Assembly: GCA_965223155.1 (NCBI GenBank)
Contig: CBDCVR010000014.1
Location: forward strand, 960,001-1,024,000
Source: Candidatus Multivoradales bacterium
GTDB taxonomy: Bacteria; Acidobacteriota; Thermoanaerobaculia; Multivoradales; JAHEKO01
Direction: 5' to 3'
Length of the DNA: 64,000 nt
Positions within the stretch are counted from its first letter, which is position 1. Each line of letters opens with the position of its first letter. A program made the position numbers and the translations under genes. Below, piece after piece: positions 18,753 through 28,352 of this stretch. Under the pieces are notes generated by a model. The model was not told the DNA's origin. It worked only from the letters and a program-made list of their open reading frames with translations, and did not search any database.

Positions 18753-20183
18753 CTACCTTACTCTGAACCCTCTTGCAGACTCCTCGCCCATAATGGTGTC
18801 CCTCCAGAACCGGTTCTTCCTGATCGGGACGGCTCTTTCATTCCTGAAAGCCGGATCCTCAAGATTGCGCCTGATGTGTTCGCTCACAGCTGAGAGCCGC
18901 TCACTATTCGAACGCACAATGAAGTCGCGACACCTACTTCGGACGCGATAGTGCGCAACCAGTCCCGGTTGCTCCCACACAAACTCGACCACGTGCAAAA
19001 TAAAATCTTCCGTGTTTCGAACAGTCAAGTCACTGTCGGCAGCCCAGCCCAAGAAGTCGTCCACCGGCAAGAAGGTGAACTCAGGTTCTACCCTTGCAGA
19101 AGGCCTCGGTGCTGCTCTTTCGTCTACTTCAGCGCGAGTCGTCGCTGCGCGATCTACCTGCTCTCGCGCTTCAGGCTTCGAGACCCTGAACATCACGATT
19201 GCAGTCGTCGCGAGAACCACGACCACCAGAACCGCTGCTAGTCCAAGCGCCCACCGCGCAGGCTTCCGTAGACGCCTCCAAGGCTTCCCGAGCCCCCCCT
19301 CACCGTGTCTATCTCCAGCGACCGCTCCTCCCCAATAGTCCTCAGTCTCCACTGGCTCCCTGATCACGATCGGCTCAGGCCTTCCTTCGTCCTGACTACC
19401 CGGATAAGTCTCTGCCGGCCTGCTGAGCCTAGTCGCAGCTCGCCGGAGAAAGGCACCACAAGCCTCCATCTCCTCAGCCAGTCCTTCGATTCTCTCAACT
19501 ACCGCCGCAAGTTCAGCCTCCACCTGCGATCCACCCACTTCTCCTCTCGCCGCCGCTACGCCACGCTCCCTTCTCTCCTCCTCGACTACCCTGAGCTCTG
19601 GGGCATTTGAGGCTATCCGAACGACTCCGAACCTTTCGAAGACACCTCGTAGAACATCCTCTTTCGTTGCTTCTCCAACAGCCCCACGCTCGACACGCCC
19701 ATCCGGAGTGTTCTCCCCGAGTGCTGGCGCGACCCTGAACCAGTTTGCTGCAACTTCCTCGATCTGCCGGATTGCGCCCGTAATCCTCTCCCCAACCTCC
19801 TCGAACGACCGCGGCAGAAAGTACAGCGCCCCTTCCCGACCTCTGCCCAGTAGGAATCCGCTTTCTACGAATGCATCAATGGCTCTCTCGAAGACCCTCG
19901 CGCGCACGTCGCCTAATCTGATCGGCGAGCGCCCTTCTACCTTGAGCGCAATGCCAAAACATGCGCCCTCTCTGCCAGTCTTCGACTCCCTTACCGTATA
20001 GCGAACAAAGACGACCTCAAGAACTCCCCCTCTTTTCCGAGCCTCAAGTATCCACTCGGGTCGATCATCCGCTCGACCAAGATAGTACTTCTGGTAGTTA
20101 CCCCCCGGATAACTACTGAAACCGTCGACCGGCTTGCCGAAGATCTCTACCCGCGTCCTTGGCCTAACCTCTCCTCGTCCCAT
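18753..20183 (-). CDS. Single-pass membrane protein with GAP1-N2-like N-terminal domain and coiled coil
   Basis: N-terminal alpha/beta domain with GREGACFGIAL, coiled coil, one TM (WALGLAAVLVVVVLATTAIVMF); 7 bp downstream of the GTPase. Confidence 0.5.
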   Translation of the reverse strand: MGRGEVRPRTRVEIFGKPVDGFSSYPGGNYQKYYLGRADDRPEWILEARKRGGVLEVVFVRYTVRESKTGREGACFGIALKVEGRSPIRLGDVRARVFERAIDAFVESGFLLGRGREGALYFLPRSFEEVGERITGAIRQIEEVAANWFRVAPALGENTPDGRVERGAVGEATKEDVLRGVFERFGVVRIASNAPELRVVEEERRERGVAAARGEVGGSQVEAELAAVVERIEGLAEEMEACGAFLRRAATRLSRPAETYPGSQDEGRPEPIVIREPVETEDYWGGAVAGDRHGEGGLGKPWRRLRKPARWALGLAAVLVVVVLATTAIVMFRVSKPEAREQVDRAATTRAEVDERAAPRPSARVEPEFTFLPVDDFLGWAADSDLTVRNTEDFILHVVEFVWEQPGLVAHYRVRSRCRDFIVRSNSERLSAVSEHIRRNLEDPAFRNERAVPIRKNRFWRDTIMGEESARGFRVR

Positions 20184-20190
20184 TCTAGAC

Positions 20191-21027
20191 CTAGGAGAAC
20201 CACCCGCCCTTCACACAATCATGAACGGCTTTCCACAGCGTCTTCGGGTAGTGGCCCGCCGACATCGAGTATGTCGCCCTCTCGCCGGTTGCGTCACTAG
20301 CGAACTGCCCGGCCGAGAACGGCACGAAATGCACCTTCCTAAGATTGCTGCTCTCGAGAAAAGTGCGGAGTGGCCCGAACGCCTTATTCCTATACAGAGA
20401 GTCCCTTACTTCCTTATAGATTGGCTTGCCACCTCGCAACCATGAGCCAGTATCGACCTTATTCAGTACGAGAATTACACGATCGCGCTTGGTGTCGGCA
20501 TGAGACCGTAGCGTCGCAACAAGACTGTTTGAGTATCGCGTCAGCAGTTCCTGATCACCGATCATTGCCGGCTCGAAGAACAGCATATAGACCTTCCGGT
20601 AGTCACCTTGGAAGATCTCCCGCAGGTAGTGGGGATGGGCCGCTTTCTCCCCACGACCCCTAGGAAGGAAGTGCTCGCCCGGCGCTTCTAGGAACTGGCA
20701 GTAGCGACTACCCCGGTAGCCGATGTTCACCAGGAGAAAGTCCAGGGCAGCCGTACTATCTGGAGCGAGGATATCTTCGGCTCGCTGCTCGTCGAAGAGC
20801 TCAACTGTACTGGCGTAGTCTGGATCATCACGGAAATGCGGCTCAGCCTCTACACTGAACTCTGATGAGATGTAATGGCACAGACGAAGAAGGGTCACCG
20901 TCTTGCCGATTCTCGTTGGACCATACAGAATCACAACTGGCCCTGTAACGCTCGCGATTCGAACGAGCTCTACATCACGCTCTTCGCGGGGCTCGCTCCG
21001 AAAATCCATGCTTTGCTCGTCCGTCAT
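20191..21027 (-). CDS. TRAFAC-class (DO-GTPase-like) GTPase
   Basis: G1 GPTRIGKT, G2 Thr, G3 EAPGE, G4 NKVD, G5 FSAG. Confidence 0.75.
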   Translation of the reverse strand: MTDEQSMDFRSEPREERDVELVRIASVTGPVVILYGPTRIGKTVTLLRLCHYISSEFSVEAEPHFRDDPDYASTVELFDEQRAEDILAPDSTAALDFLLVNIGYRGSRYCQFLEAPGEHFLPRGRGEKAAHPHYLREIFQGDYRKVYMLFFEPAMIGDQELLTRYSNSLVATLRSHADTKRDRVILVLNKVDTGSWLRGGKPIYKEVRDSLYRNKAFGPLRTFLESSNLRKVHFVPFSAGQFASDATGERATYSMSAGHYPKTLWKAVHDCVKGGWFS

Positions 21028-21079
21028 GCTCTCGCACCTCTCCTATCAATCATTGTGTCTTGAAACCAAGCAGCTCCGG

Positions 21080-22144
21080 CTACGCGTAACTGTCCTCGCG
21101 CCTCAAGACGCCGAAGTAGAACAAGATAAACGCCGCTACGTCCAGAGTAATGGCCCAAAGCAATGAAAGCCAGAACTTCCAAGTTTCGAACTTTCCTGAT
21201 AGGAAGTCTTTCCAGGAACTAGCAATGTTCTCGAGTCGGATGCTCCCGGGCACGGATGGCAGCTCTTGCAGCGAAAGAGTGGATCGTCTAGCAAGCTCTG
21301 GAAGCTCAAAGCCCTGCTTAACCAAATCTACAGCCTCGTTGTAGGTCGAGAATGCGGTACGCAAGAGCTCCTTCAGATCTAGGATCTCCATGTTGTGAAT
21401 GCCCTGGTCAAGGGCATCACTCACTTGTGTGAGAACGGCTCCATATTTGGGCCGCTCAAGATACGCACTGATTGAGGCTAGGCTGCTGTCGATCTCGCGC
21501 ATTCTTGTATCTGATAGAGAGCGAACTTGGTCGGCCATCGAGTTCGCGTAAACCTCCCAGCCACTCATTCCAGTCCCCGGTCTATCGAGGCGCTGAACCT
21601 CCCGCTGAAGAAGCGCCTCTATTTGAGCGATGACTTTCTCGGTTTCGACGGAGTGGCCGGGGTCACCCGGGTTGGTAATCTCCGCTTTCATCTTCAAGAT
21701 GAGGGCCTCAAGTTCCTCACGGAAGGATTCCCTAGCCGCGTCCCCGGCCACAAGCGCCTTATCGCGAAGGAGATTCAGCGCACTTTGCACAGTAGCAGCC
21801 TCCTCACGGCGCAAGTCGTCAGCAGCCATGACGAAGTAGAAGTTATGCGTGTTGCTCGTGAGGCTCACGAACCACAAGAAGAGAAAGCCGATAAAGCCAA
21901 CGATGGCGAGGAGTGCTCGCCTGGGTTCATAGCCCGGTGAAAAGGCCTGCTTGATGAGCATCAGACATGTTGCCGCTCCAAGTAGGGCGGCCAGACCGAT
22001 GATGTAGCAGAAGGTGCGGGGCAGGAGCGTTGTCCGCCATATCGATTCACCCGTAGCCCAAACGCTGGCCGCGGTGAAGATCGCGTAAAGAACAAACGAA
22101 ATCGCCTGACCACGCGTCCAACCTGCCTCAAGTGGATTGCGCAT
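21080..22144 (-). CDS. Membrane protein with three N-terminal TMs, a long helical region and a C-terminal TM
   Basis: Hydrophobic segments at both ends; GGAGGAG RBS; first gene of a three-gene operon. Confidence 0.75.
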   Translation of the reverse strand: MRNPLEAGWTRGQAISFVLYAIFTAASVWATGESIWRTTLLPRTFCYIIGLAALLGAATCLMLIKQAFSPGYEPRRALLAIVGFIGFLFLWFVSLTSNTHNFYFVMAADDLRREEAATVQSALNLLRDKALVAGDAARESFREELEALILKMKAEITNPGDPGHSVETEKVIAQIEALLQREVQRLDRPGTGMSGWEVYANSMADQVRSLSDTRMREIDSSLASISAYLERPKYGAVLTQVSDALDQGIHNMEILDLKELLRTAFSTYNEAVDLVKQGFELPELARRSTLSLQELPSVPGSIRLENIASSWKDFLSGKFETWKFWLSLLWAITLDVAAFILFYFGVLRREDSYA

Positions 22145-22315
22145 AACTCCTCCCCCAAGCGCCTCGTAGATCGAAGCGATGAATAGCTCTAAGAGTCGGT
22201 TACCACAAGACTAGCACGCGCTTGAAGAACGGCACAAGCCTCCGAGGCACAGGCCAACTCTCGGTCCGGCGGTGAACGGCTTGTGGCCACGGAGAGGGCA
22301 AGGCTCTGCCTGTAC

Positions 22316-22590
22316 GGCTACATACTAGGTACGTAGCCTACACTGGCCCACTGGTCTCGGCTGACGGCTCGGCCTAGTCTCGTTCGGCACGGGTTCCCCA
22401 CGTCGTCGGGCACACGCCCGACCCCGGACTTTTTCCGCCCTAGCCGGCCGGACTATCGGGCCTGCGGTCTCGCGACTGCGAGAACCGCGGCCAAAAGCCC
22501 GGGGTCGGCCGCTCGCCTCCGTTCGCCACGGCGAATTCGCCACCCGGAGGGTGGCCGGAGCCGTCCGACGACGTGGGGGACTAGCCTGTT
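22316..22590. other. Non-coding region of nested inverted repeats (candidate oriT, single-strand origin or structured RNA)
   Basis: 22396-22411 pairs with 22563-22578 (15/16); 22418-22433 pairs with 22493-22508 (15/16); several small hairpins. Confidence 0.6.
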
Positions 22591-22621
22591 CTGGGCTGAC
22601 GCCCCACGAAGGGCAGACTGG

Positions 22622-22831
22622 CTAGGCCTCGATGACCTCGCAACTCTCTTCCCTGCCGCCCACCTCGACCAGCGCTTCGAGGCATTCCCTCGCGAGCGCA
22701 ACCTGCGGTTCACCTATCGGCTCGTACCGGAGCTCCCCATCCTGCTGCACACTTGCCTCGAGCCGCCTCGCTAGCGCGAGGCGCTCGGCGACTGGTAGCT
22801 CCAAGAGCTTCTTGACTTCGTCTTGATCCAT
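22622..22831 (-). CDS. Putative addiction-module antitoxin-like small protein
   Basis: LLELPVAERLALARRLEASV pattern of TIGR02574-type antitoxins; GGAAGG before ATG 22831. Confidence 0.55.
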   Translation of the reverse strand: MDQDEVKKLLELPVAERLALARRLEASVQQDGELRYEPIGEPQVALARECLEALVEVGGREESCEVIEA

Positions 22832-23069
22832 ACCTTCCAGCGTACGCCTGTCCAGCGACTTTGCAAGCAGCCTTGGGTATACTGATTCAAGACCCCCGTA
22901 CACGGTTCGGAAACCGATCCCTACTGCCTTGCCGGCTCGGTCACCCATAACGACCCGGCAAAGCCACCTGTGAATAGGACGTGGGGGCAGGTAGCTTGCG
23001 CGGCAAGCGTGGCGTTGCGTCCTATTCGCCATAGCTGCGGCGCTAGGAGTAGGGGTCGGCTTCGGAACC

Positions 23070-24335
23070 ATGAGCGAAATCACCTACATCGGCGAGCGAA
23101 CTCCCTGGGGCGAGCCCCGGTTGTTCGGCGTGGAACGAGTCGATCGCCGGCAGCACGTCTACGTGGTCGGAAAGACCGGGCTCGGAAAGACAACGCTCCT
23201 TCGGAACCTTCTTCTCCAGGACATTCACCGAGGGGAAGGCGTCGGACTGATCGACCCCCACGGTGATCTCGCCGACGAGCTCCTCGATCACATTCCTTCG
23301 CACCGAGCCAACGACGTCCTCTACTTCAACCCGGCCGATCTCGAGTTCCCTATCGGGATGAACCTCCTTCGAGCTGCGTCACGCGACGAGGCGCATCTGG
23401 TCGTCTCGACCACCGTTTCCGCGTTCAAGCACCTCTGGGCCGACTCCTGGGGGCCTCGCCTCGAATACATTCTCGCGAATGCGCTAGCCGCGCTCGTCGA
23501 AAAGGGGCGAAGCACGCTGCTCGAGGTTCAACGGATGGCGTCCGATGAGCGTTTTCGAGCTCGCGTAGCCCAGCGCATCAAGGATCCAGTGGTTCGGAAG
23601 TTTTGGCTCGAGGAGTTTACCGAGTACGACAAACGCTTCCGCGCTGAGGCCGTCGCGCCAATCCAGAACAAACTGGGCCGATTCCTGGCTTCCGCACCCC
23701 TTCGGAACATCCTGGGCCAGGTTCGGAACTCGCTCGATCTTCCGTTCTTGATGGACAATCAAAGAATCCTGATCGCAAACCTCTCCAAGGGAACGCTGGG
23801 AGAAGACAAGGCGTCTCTTCTCGGTTCCCTCCTCGTAGCAAGCTTTCACCTGGCAGCAGTGGGCCGCGCGAAAACTCCGGAGGCCGAGCGACAGGACTTC
23901 TACCTCTACATCGACGAGTTTCAGAATTTCACAACGGACGCCTTCGCCACGATCCTCTCCGAAGCTCGGAAGTACCGGCTCAACCTCACGCTGGCGCACC
24001 AGTACCTCGACCAGCTGCCGCTCGAGACACGACAAGCCGTCTTCGGTAACGCCGGGACGTTGGTCAGTTTTGGTGTTGGTTCGGCCGATGCCGAGATCCT
24101 CGCGCCGAACTTTTCACCGATTGGGCCAGGGGCCCTTACCGACCTCGGGAAGTACCAGGCCTACGTGCGTCTCCTTTCTGAGGGCGAAGTGAGTTCGCCG
24201 TTTCGGGCGGAGATGTTCCCTCCTCTTGATACTTACTCAGGTGTGCGGGCCCAAGTCAAACGGCTCTCCCGAGAGCGGTTCGGGCGTCCCAGAGTCGATG
24301 TTGAGTCGCTGGTCTCGGACAGGCTCATTCGTTAG
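23070..24335 (+). CDS. VirD4/TraD/HerA-like P-loop ATPase (coupling-protein-like, no TM)
   Basis: DRRQHVYVVGKTGLGKT, IDPHGDL, LYIDEFQN, EARKYRLNLTLAHQ. Confidence 0.9.
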   Translation: MSEITYIGERTPWGEPRLFGVERVDRRQHVYVVGKTGLGKTTLLRNLLLQDIHRGEGVGLIDPHGDLADELLDHIPSHRANDVLYFNPADLEFPIGMNLLRAASRDEAHLVVSTTVSAFKHLWADSWGPRLEYILANALAALVEKGRSTLLEVQRMASDERFRARVAQRIKDPVVRKFWLEEFTEYDKRFRAEAVAPIQNKLGRFLASAPLRNILGQVRNSLDLPFLMDNQRILIANLSKGTLGEDKASLLGSLLVASFHLAAVGRAKTPEAERQDFYLYIDEFQNFTTDAFATILSEARKYRLNLTLAHQYLDQLPLETRQAVFGNAGTLVSFGVGSADAEILAPNFSPIGPGALTDLGKYQAYVRLLSEGEVSSPFRAEMFPPLDTYSGVRAQVKRLSRERFGRPRVDVESLVSDRLIR

Positions 24336-24522
24336 CAACCTCTTGCCGCCAGCTCTTGGCCAGCCTCGAACTCAGAGTTGCTCTAGTTGCTCTTGACAGC
24401 AGGGACGGATATGCTGCTGGCAGTTTCCACAAGACAACTCTGGTGCTGCGGCGAGCATGGCCGCGAATCGACCGAGCTTCTTGCGAGCGGCGCCGCCGTC
24501 AACTCGAAGGGAGTACGAGTAC

Positions 24523-26268
24523 ATGCCGAACTACAAGTCGATCTGGAACAAGGTGGTCTCGCAAACCGATCTGCCCGACGTCATAACTAGCGTCTCAGAA
24601 GCCAGTATTAACGACCTGCTCGTCGCTCATCGCAAGTACGACAGCGAGCTCTATCGCAGAGTGGAGGAGTTAAAGGACGAGACTACGGGCAAGGTCTTCT
24701 TTTCTCTTGACTTGATCGTTGGTGGTGACCGCAAGGCACACAACCAAGGTAAGGCCTTGCCGCTGAAGATGCTGCTTCCCATGAACTACACCAAACTGGC
24801 GAAGCAAGCGTCCGCCTACGAAATGGTCTACAGCTACAGGTTCCATCAAGGTAAGCCACCTGAGCCGAATGCCCTGCTCGACGCCCCTAACGTCAACTTC
24901 TATTTCGCCTGGCCGTCATCAACAGGAGGAACTCCATGGATGCACCATGTGCCGGGTGTGAACTTCCGGCTTGAGGCTCACCTGCGGCTGATGGACGAGG
25001 AAGTCGAGGAGGGCAAGCCTAGATCGCTTGAAATCGTTCCAGTACGGCTGAGAATCAGCAAGGCCTCTTCGGTACGCCTGAAGAAGTCAATCAAACACGC
25101 GCTACAGAAGACTACGCCGACTGTCACGAGCGACAAAGTGACTGATCTGTTCCTCGCTCTGATCGGGTACGGCGCTTCGACGATCGGCCCAGGCTTAGCC
25201 GAAGCAATCGAGCTTCCGGCAATCAAGCTCGAACGCTGGGAACTCTACCCAAACTTGTTTGCCATTCAAGACCGTACAGTGACCTTAGGTGCAAGTCTAG
25301 ACGCCACCAAGTCTTCCAAGCAGTTGCGCGACAAGACGGGAAGCTTTCTCGAGAACTATTGGGCAGCGGTTGACGCAGACATCCAAAGTGCTGGAGGCAT
25401 CGAGCCTCTCGTCCTGACTAAGAGCTCGCTCAACAAGGTGCGCGCTTCTGCCAAGACGACAGGAGCGCTGGCAACCAAGCTCGCCTTCCAGTCCGATCAG
25501 GCTATCCTGCGAAACTTCAAGACCGCGAACGCCTATCTCAACGAGGCCAAGGCGCAGAACGCTCGCCTACTATCTTCCCGCTTGGGGCCAGCTACCCGCG
25601 CTGTGACGAGCAAAGCGAAGGGTACCGTCCCTGATGGGATGGCAGCAGCAGTCAATGAGTACCTCCTCGACAAGATCGTCGCCCAGTATGGAAACATTTT
25701 GAAAGAGGGCTACACGAACGAAATCAAGATTCTGGACCTCATTCGCGGCCGGGTCGGGTACCGGCTGTCGGTTGGCGTTCCGGATATTGATATCACCCCG
25801 GCCAAAGGGCTGACGGGCAGCGTTCCGGTTGACGCTTGGGCAGGACTACTCTACCGAGTTCGACAGATAAACCGATGCAAGATCGTCTGGAGCGGAGAGA
25901 AGCGCATAGGGCTTGGAATCAGGGGGACGCCGAAGGTCAGCATCAAGACAAAGGTCAGTAGAGGGCTATCTCTACATGCGGATTTTGACCTTTCGAAGCT
26001 GAAACTCTATACGGGGGCTGGCTTCCCGATCGACGACATCGTTGGCGCCCTCTCGCCCATATTTGTCGGTGGAATCGAGGGAGTGCTTGACCTTCTGGCA
26101 TTGTTCCTATCCTTCGTTGTCGTGCCTGCTGATCTAGCGGCCGGAGAAAAGACCAAGCTCTCTTTGAGCGCCTTCAAGACTTCCCAGTACAGGAGAACTG
26201 GCGGTCCCTCTGACTCAAGAAACAACTATCTGATGCTCACGGCTGCAACTGAAGGGAAGAAAGCCTAG
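24523..26268 (+). CDS. Hypothetical protein, possibly tandem TULIP/BPI-like domains
   Basis: Long ORF with atypical codon use; AAGGGAG upstream of MPNYKSIW; two similar strand-helix starts (TSVSEASINDLL, AAVNEYLLDKIV). Confidence 0.6.
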   Translation: MPNYKSIWNKVVSQTDLPDVITSVSEASINDLLVAHRKYDSELYRRVEELKDETTGKVFFSLDLIVGGDRKAHNQGKALPLKMLLPMNYTKLAKQASAYEMVYSYRFHQGKPPEPNALLDAPNVNFYFAWPSSTGGTPWMHHVPGVNFRLEAHLRLMDEEVEEGKPRSLEIVPVRLRISKASSVRLKKSIKHALQKTTPTVTSDKVTDLFLALIGYGASTIGPGLAEAIELPAIKLERWELYPNLFAIQDRTVTLGASLDATKSSKQLRDKTGSFLENYWAAVDADIQSAGGIEPLVLTKSSLNKVRASAKTTGALATKLAFQSDQAILRNFKTANAYLNEAKAQNARLLSSRLGPATRAVTSKAKGTVPDGMAAAVNEYLLDKIVAQYGNILKEGYTNEIKILDLIRGRVGYRLSVGVPDIDITPAKGLTGSVPVDAWAGLLYRVRQINRCKIVWSGEKRIGLGIRGTPKVSIKTKVSRGLSLHADFDLSKLKLYTGAGFPIDDIVGALSPIFVGGIEGVLDLLALFLSFVVVPADLAAGEKTKLSLSAFKTSQYRRTGGPSDSRNNYLMLTAATEGKKA

Positions 26269-26378
26269 CAACACAGGTTGCGTAGTAGGGGCGTACGTGA
26301 GATTGGCTCGGATCACCCGAGTCAGATTGGGTGGTTGTCCACAGGAGGCGATGCGGCACAGGGAGTAGGCTGAAGTGT

Positions 26379-27320
26379 ATGCGTCCGTCCCGCCGCAGGC
26401 CGCGCTTCGAGAGAGTCCCGATCCGCAACTTCCGGCTCACTGACCGCGACCTCGCGATAATCGAAAACGTCGAGCGGTACCGACTGCTCGATTCGGAACA
26501 GATCGTCGCCCTCTTGGGCGAGGGCAGTCCGCAGCATGTGCGCCGCCGGCTGCAGCTTCTCTTCCATAACCGATACCTCGATCGCCCTCCGGTCCAGATA
26601 GCCGACTTCTATCGGACCCCGGGCACGTTGCCCATGGTCTATGGGTTGGGCAACCGGGGGGCCGATGCGCTCGCGGAGCATCTGCGGCGGAATCGAAGAA
26701 AGGGCGACTGGGCGACCAAGAATCGGTCGATCCGGTCAACCTTCTTTCATCACACGCTGATGGTCTCGTCGATCATTGTGGCGTTCGCGGTCTCCTGCCG
26801 CAGGCGCGAGAACGTCCGGCTGATTCCCTGGGAAGAGATCCTCGAGACAACCTGCCCCGAAGAGGCGAGACGCCTCAAACACCCGCTCACCTGGCGCGTC
26901 AGGGTCCCGGAGGTCGGTTCGCTAGGGGTAACACCTGACCGCGTCTTCGGCCTCGAGTTCGCCGATCGGCCGCAGAGCAGGCGCCGCTCCTACTTCTTCT
27001 TGGAGGCAGACCGCGCCAGCATGCCGGTGATTCGGAAAGACCTTCGCGGCACCTCCATCTTCCGAAAGCTCCTCGCCTATCAGGCAACCGCTTCCCAGAA
27101 GCTCCATTCGGAACGATTCGGAATCAACAACTTCCGCGTTCTGACGGTAACGAAAAGTCCAAAGCAGGAGCGCGTCTCTTCGATGGTCGAGGCGGCGCAG
27201 CAGCTCTCCGGGCCTCAGGGCATCTTCCTTTTCACCGACATCGAGTCGCTCACATCAGGTGACGCACTGACGCACGAGTGGAAGAACGGCCGCGGTGAGT
27301 CGGTTCGACTTCTGGACTGA
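26379..27320 (+). CDS. Replication-relaxation (Replic_Relax) family relaxase
   Basis: LTDRDLAII...RRRLQLL wHTH, MVYGLG Tyr, FFHHTL, PDRVF, FLEADR, RKLLAY. Confidence 0.88.
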   Translation: MRPSRRRPRFERVPIRNFRLTDRDLAIIENVERYRLLDSEQIVALLGEGSPQHVRRRLQLLFHNRYLDRPPVQIADFYRTPGTLPMVYGLGNRGADALAEHLRRNRRKGDWATKNRSIRSTFFHHTLMVSSIIVAFAVSCRRRENVRLIPWEEILETTCPEEARRLKHPLTWRVRVPEVGSLGVTPDRVFGLEFADRPQSRRRSYFFLEADRASMPVIRKDLRGTSIFRKLLAYQATASQKLHSERFGINNFRVLTVTKSPKQERVSSMVEAAQQLSGPQGIFLFTDIESLTSGDALTHEWKNGRGESVRLLD

Positions 27321-27353
27321 TCGCCGCATCCGTCGTCCAGTACGCAGAGTCGC

Positions 27354-27381
27354 TTGACGATGCCCGTGGCGCGGGTACTCT
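27354..27381 (+). promoter_or_regulatory. Sigma70-like promoter TTGACG-N16-TACTCT
   Basis: Near-duplicate of the promoter at 27719-27746. Confidence 0.55.
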
Positions 27382-27436
27382 GAAGAGAGTACGACAACAA
27401 CGCCGTACCCGTTTACTCACCTAGCCTCGATCACCC

Positions 27437-27709
27437 ATGTCGAACAAAGACGACCTCCTGGAGACCATCGCCAAAGCTGTTGCTCGAATCGAGACGACCC
27501 TCGCCGAGAACGGCACCAAGCTCGACCGAGTCGAGCGCTCGGTCTCCGAGCTGAAGCTCGCCACGTCGGAGCTCAAGCGCGACACCGGCCGGCTCATCCT
27601 CCGAGTCGGTGACCTCGAAGACGCCGTCCGCTCAGAACAGGAGTTCACCTCCGACCTCTACGACCAGCATGAGAAGCGGATCGGCGCACTCGAAGCCAGC
27701 GCGAACTAG
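27437..27709 (+). CDS. Small coiled-coil protein
   Basis: Heptad pattern over most of 90 aa; typical codon use. Confidence 0.7.
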   Translation: MSNKDDLLETIAKAVARIETTLAENGTKLDRVERSVSELKLATSELKRDTGRLILRVGDLEDAVRSEQEFTSDLYDQHEKRIGALEASAN

Positions 27710-27718
27710 CGCGTCGCC

Positions 27719-27746
27719 TTGACAACGCCCGTTTCATCCTTACTCT
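27719..27746 (+). promoter_or_regulatory. Sigma70-like promoter TTGACA-N16-TACTCT
   Basis: Consensus -35 and near-consensus -10 upstream of the radC operon. Confidence 0.6.
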
Positions 27747-27756
27747 GAACTCCAGA

Positions 27757-27788
27757 CCCCAGCTCCTTCCGAGCTGGGGCTTTTTGTT
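27757..27788 (+). terminator. Intrinsic terminator
   Basis: CCCCAGCTC-cttcc-GAGCTGGGG stem followed by CTTTTTGTT. Confidence 0.75.
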
Positions 27789-27821
27789 CCCACACAACCA
27801 ACGACTGAAAGGAGGTCACTT

Positions 27822-28307
27822 ATGGCGACTTCGCAGGAGACGTGCGTCTCGAGCGAGGATCCGACGATCGCCACGCGCTATCGGCTCGAGCTCGTTCGCG
27901 AGCACGGGCCTCCCTACGAGGAGCTCCAGCCGTGCAACCGGCCCGAGCGAGCCGCGGAGTTTCTCACCGAGCTCGTGCGCCCGTTCGCCTTTGAAGTGAT
28001 GGGCGCCGTGATGCTCGATACGCGGAATCGCGCGATCGGGCACCTCATCGCATACCAAGGCACGCTGAGCCGCACCGCGGTCGAGCCGCGTGGGCTCCTC
28101 GTGCCGGCGCTTCTCGCCAACGCGGCGGGCATCATCCTCTTCCACAACCACCCTAGCGGCGATCCCACCCCGAGCGCGGAAGATCTCGCGTTCACGCGCC
28201 GCGTCGCCGAGGCCGGCGACACCGTCGGCGTCAAGCTCGTCGACCACCTGATCCTCGGCGCCGGTGAAAGGCGCTGGGTATCCCTCAAGCAGCGCGGCTC
28301 CTTCTAG
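27822..28307 (+). CDS. radC: RadC-like JAB domain protein
   Basis: E...LDTRNR, HNHPSGDPTPSAED, LVDHLIL. Confidence 0.92.
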   Translation: MATSQETCVSSEDPTIATRYRLELVREHGPPYEELQPCNRPERAAEFLTELVRPFAFEVMGAVMLDTRNRAIGHLIAYQGTLSRTAVEPRGLLVPALLANAAGIILFHNHPSGDPTPSAEDLAFTRRVAEAGDTVGVKLVDHLILGAGERRWVSLKQRGSF

Positions 28308-28352
28308 CCGCAGCTCCACCCTTCAAAACAGCCCACGAAAGGAGGTTCCCTA

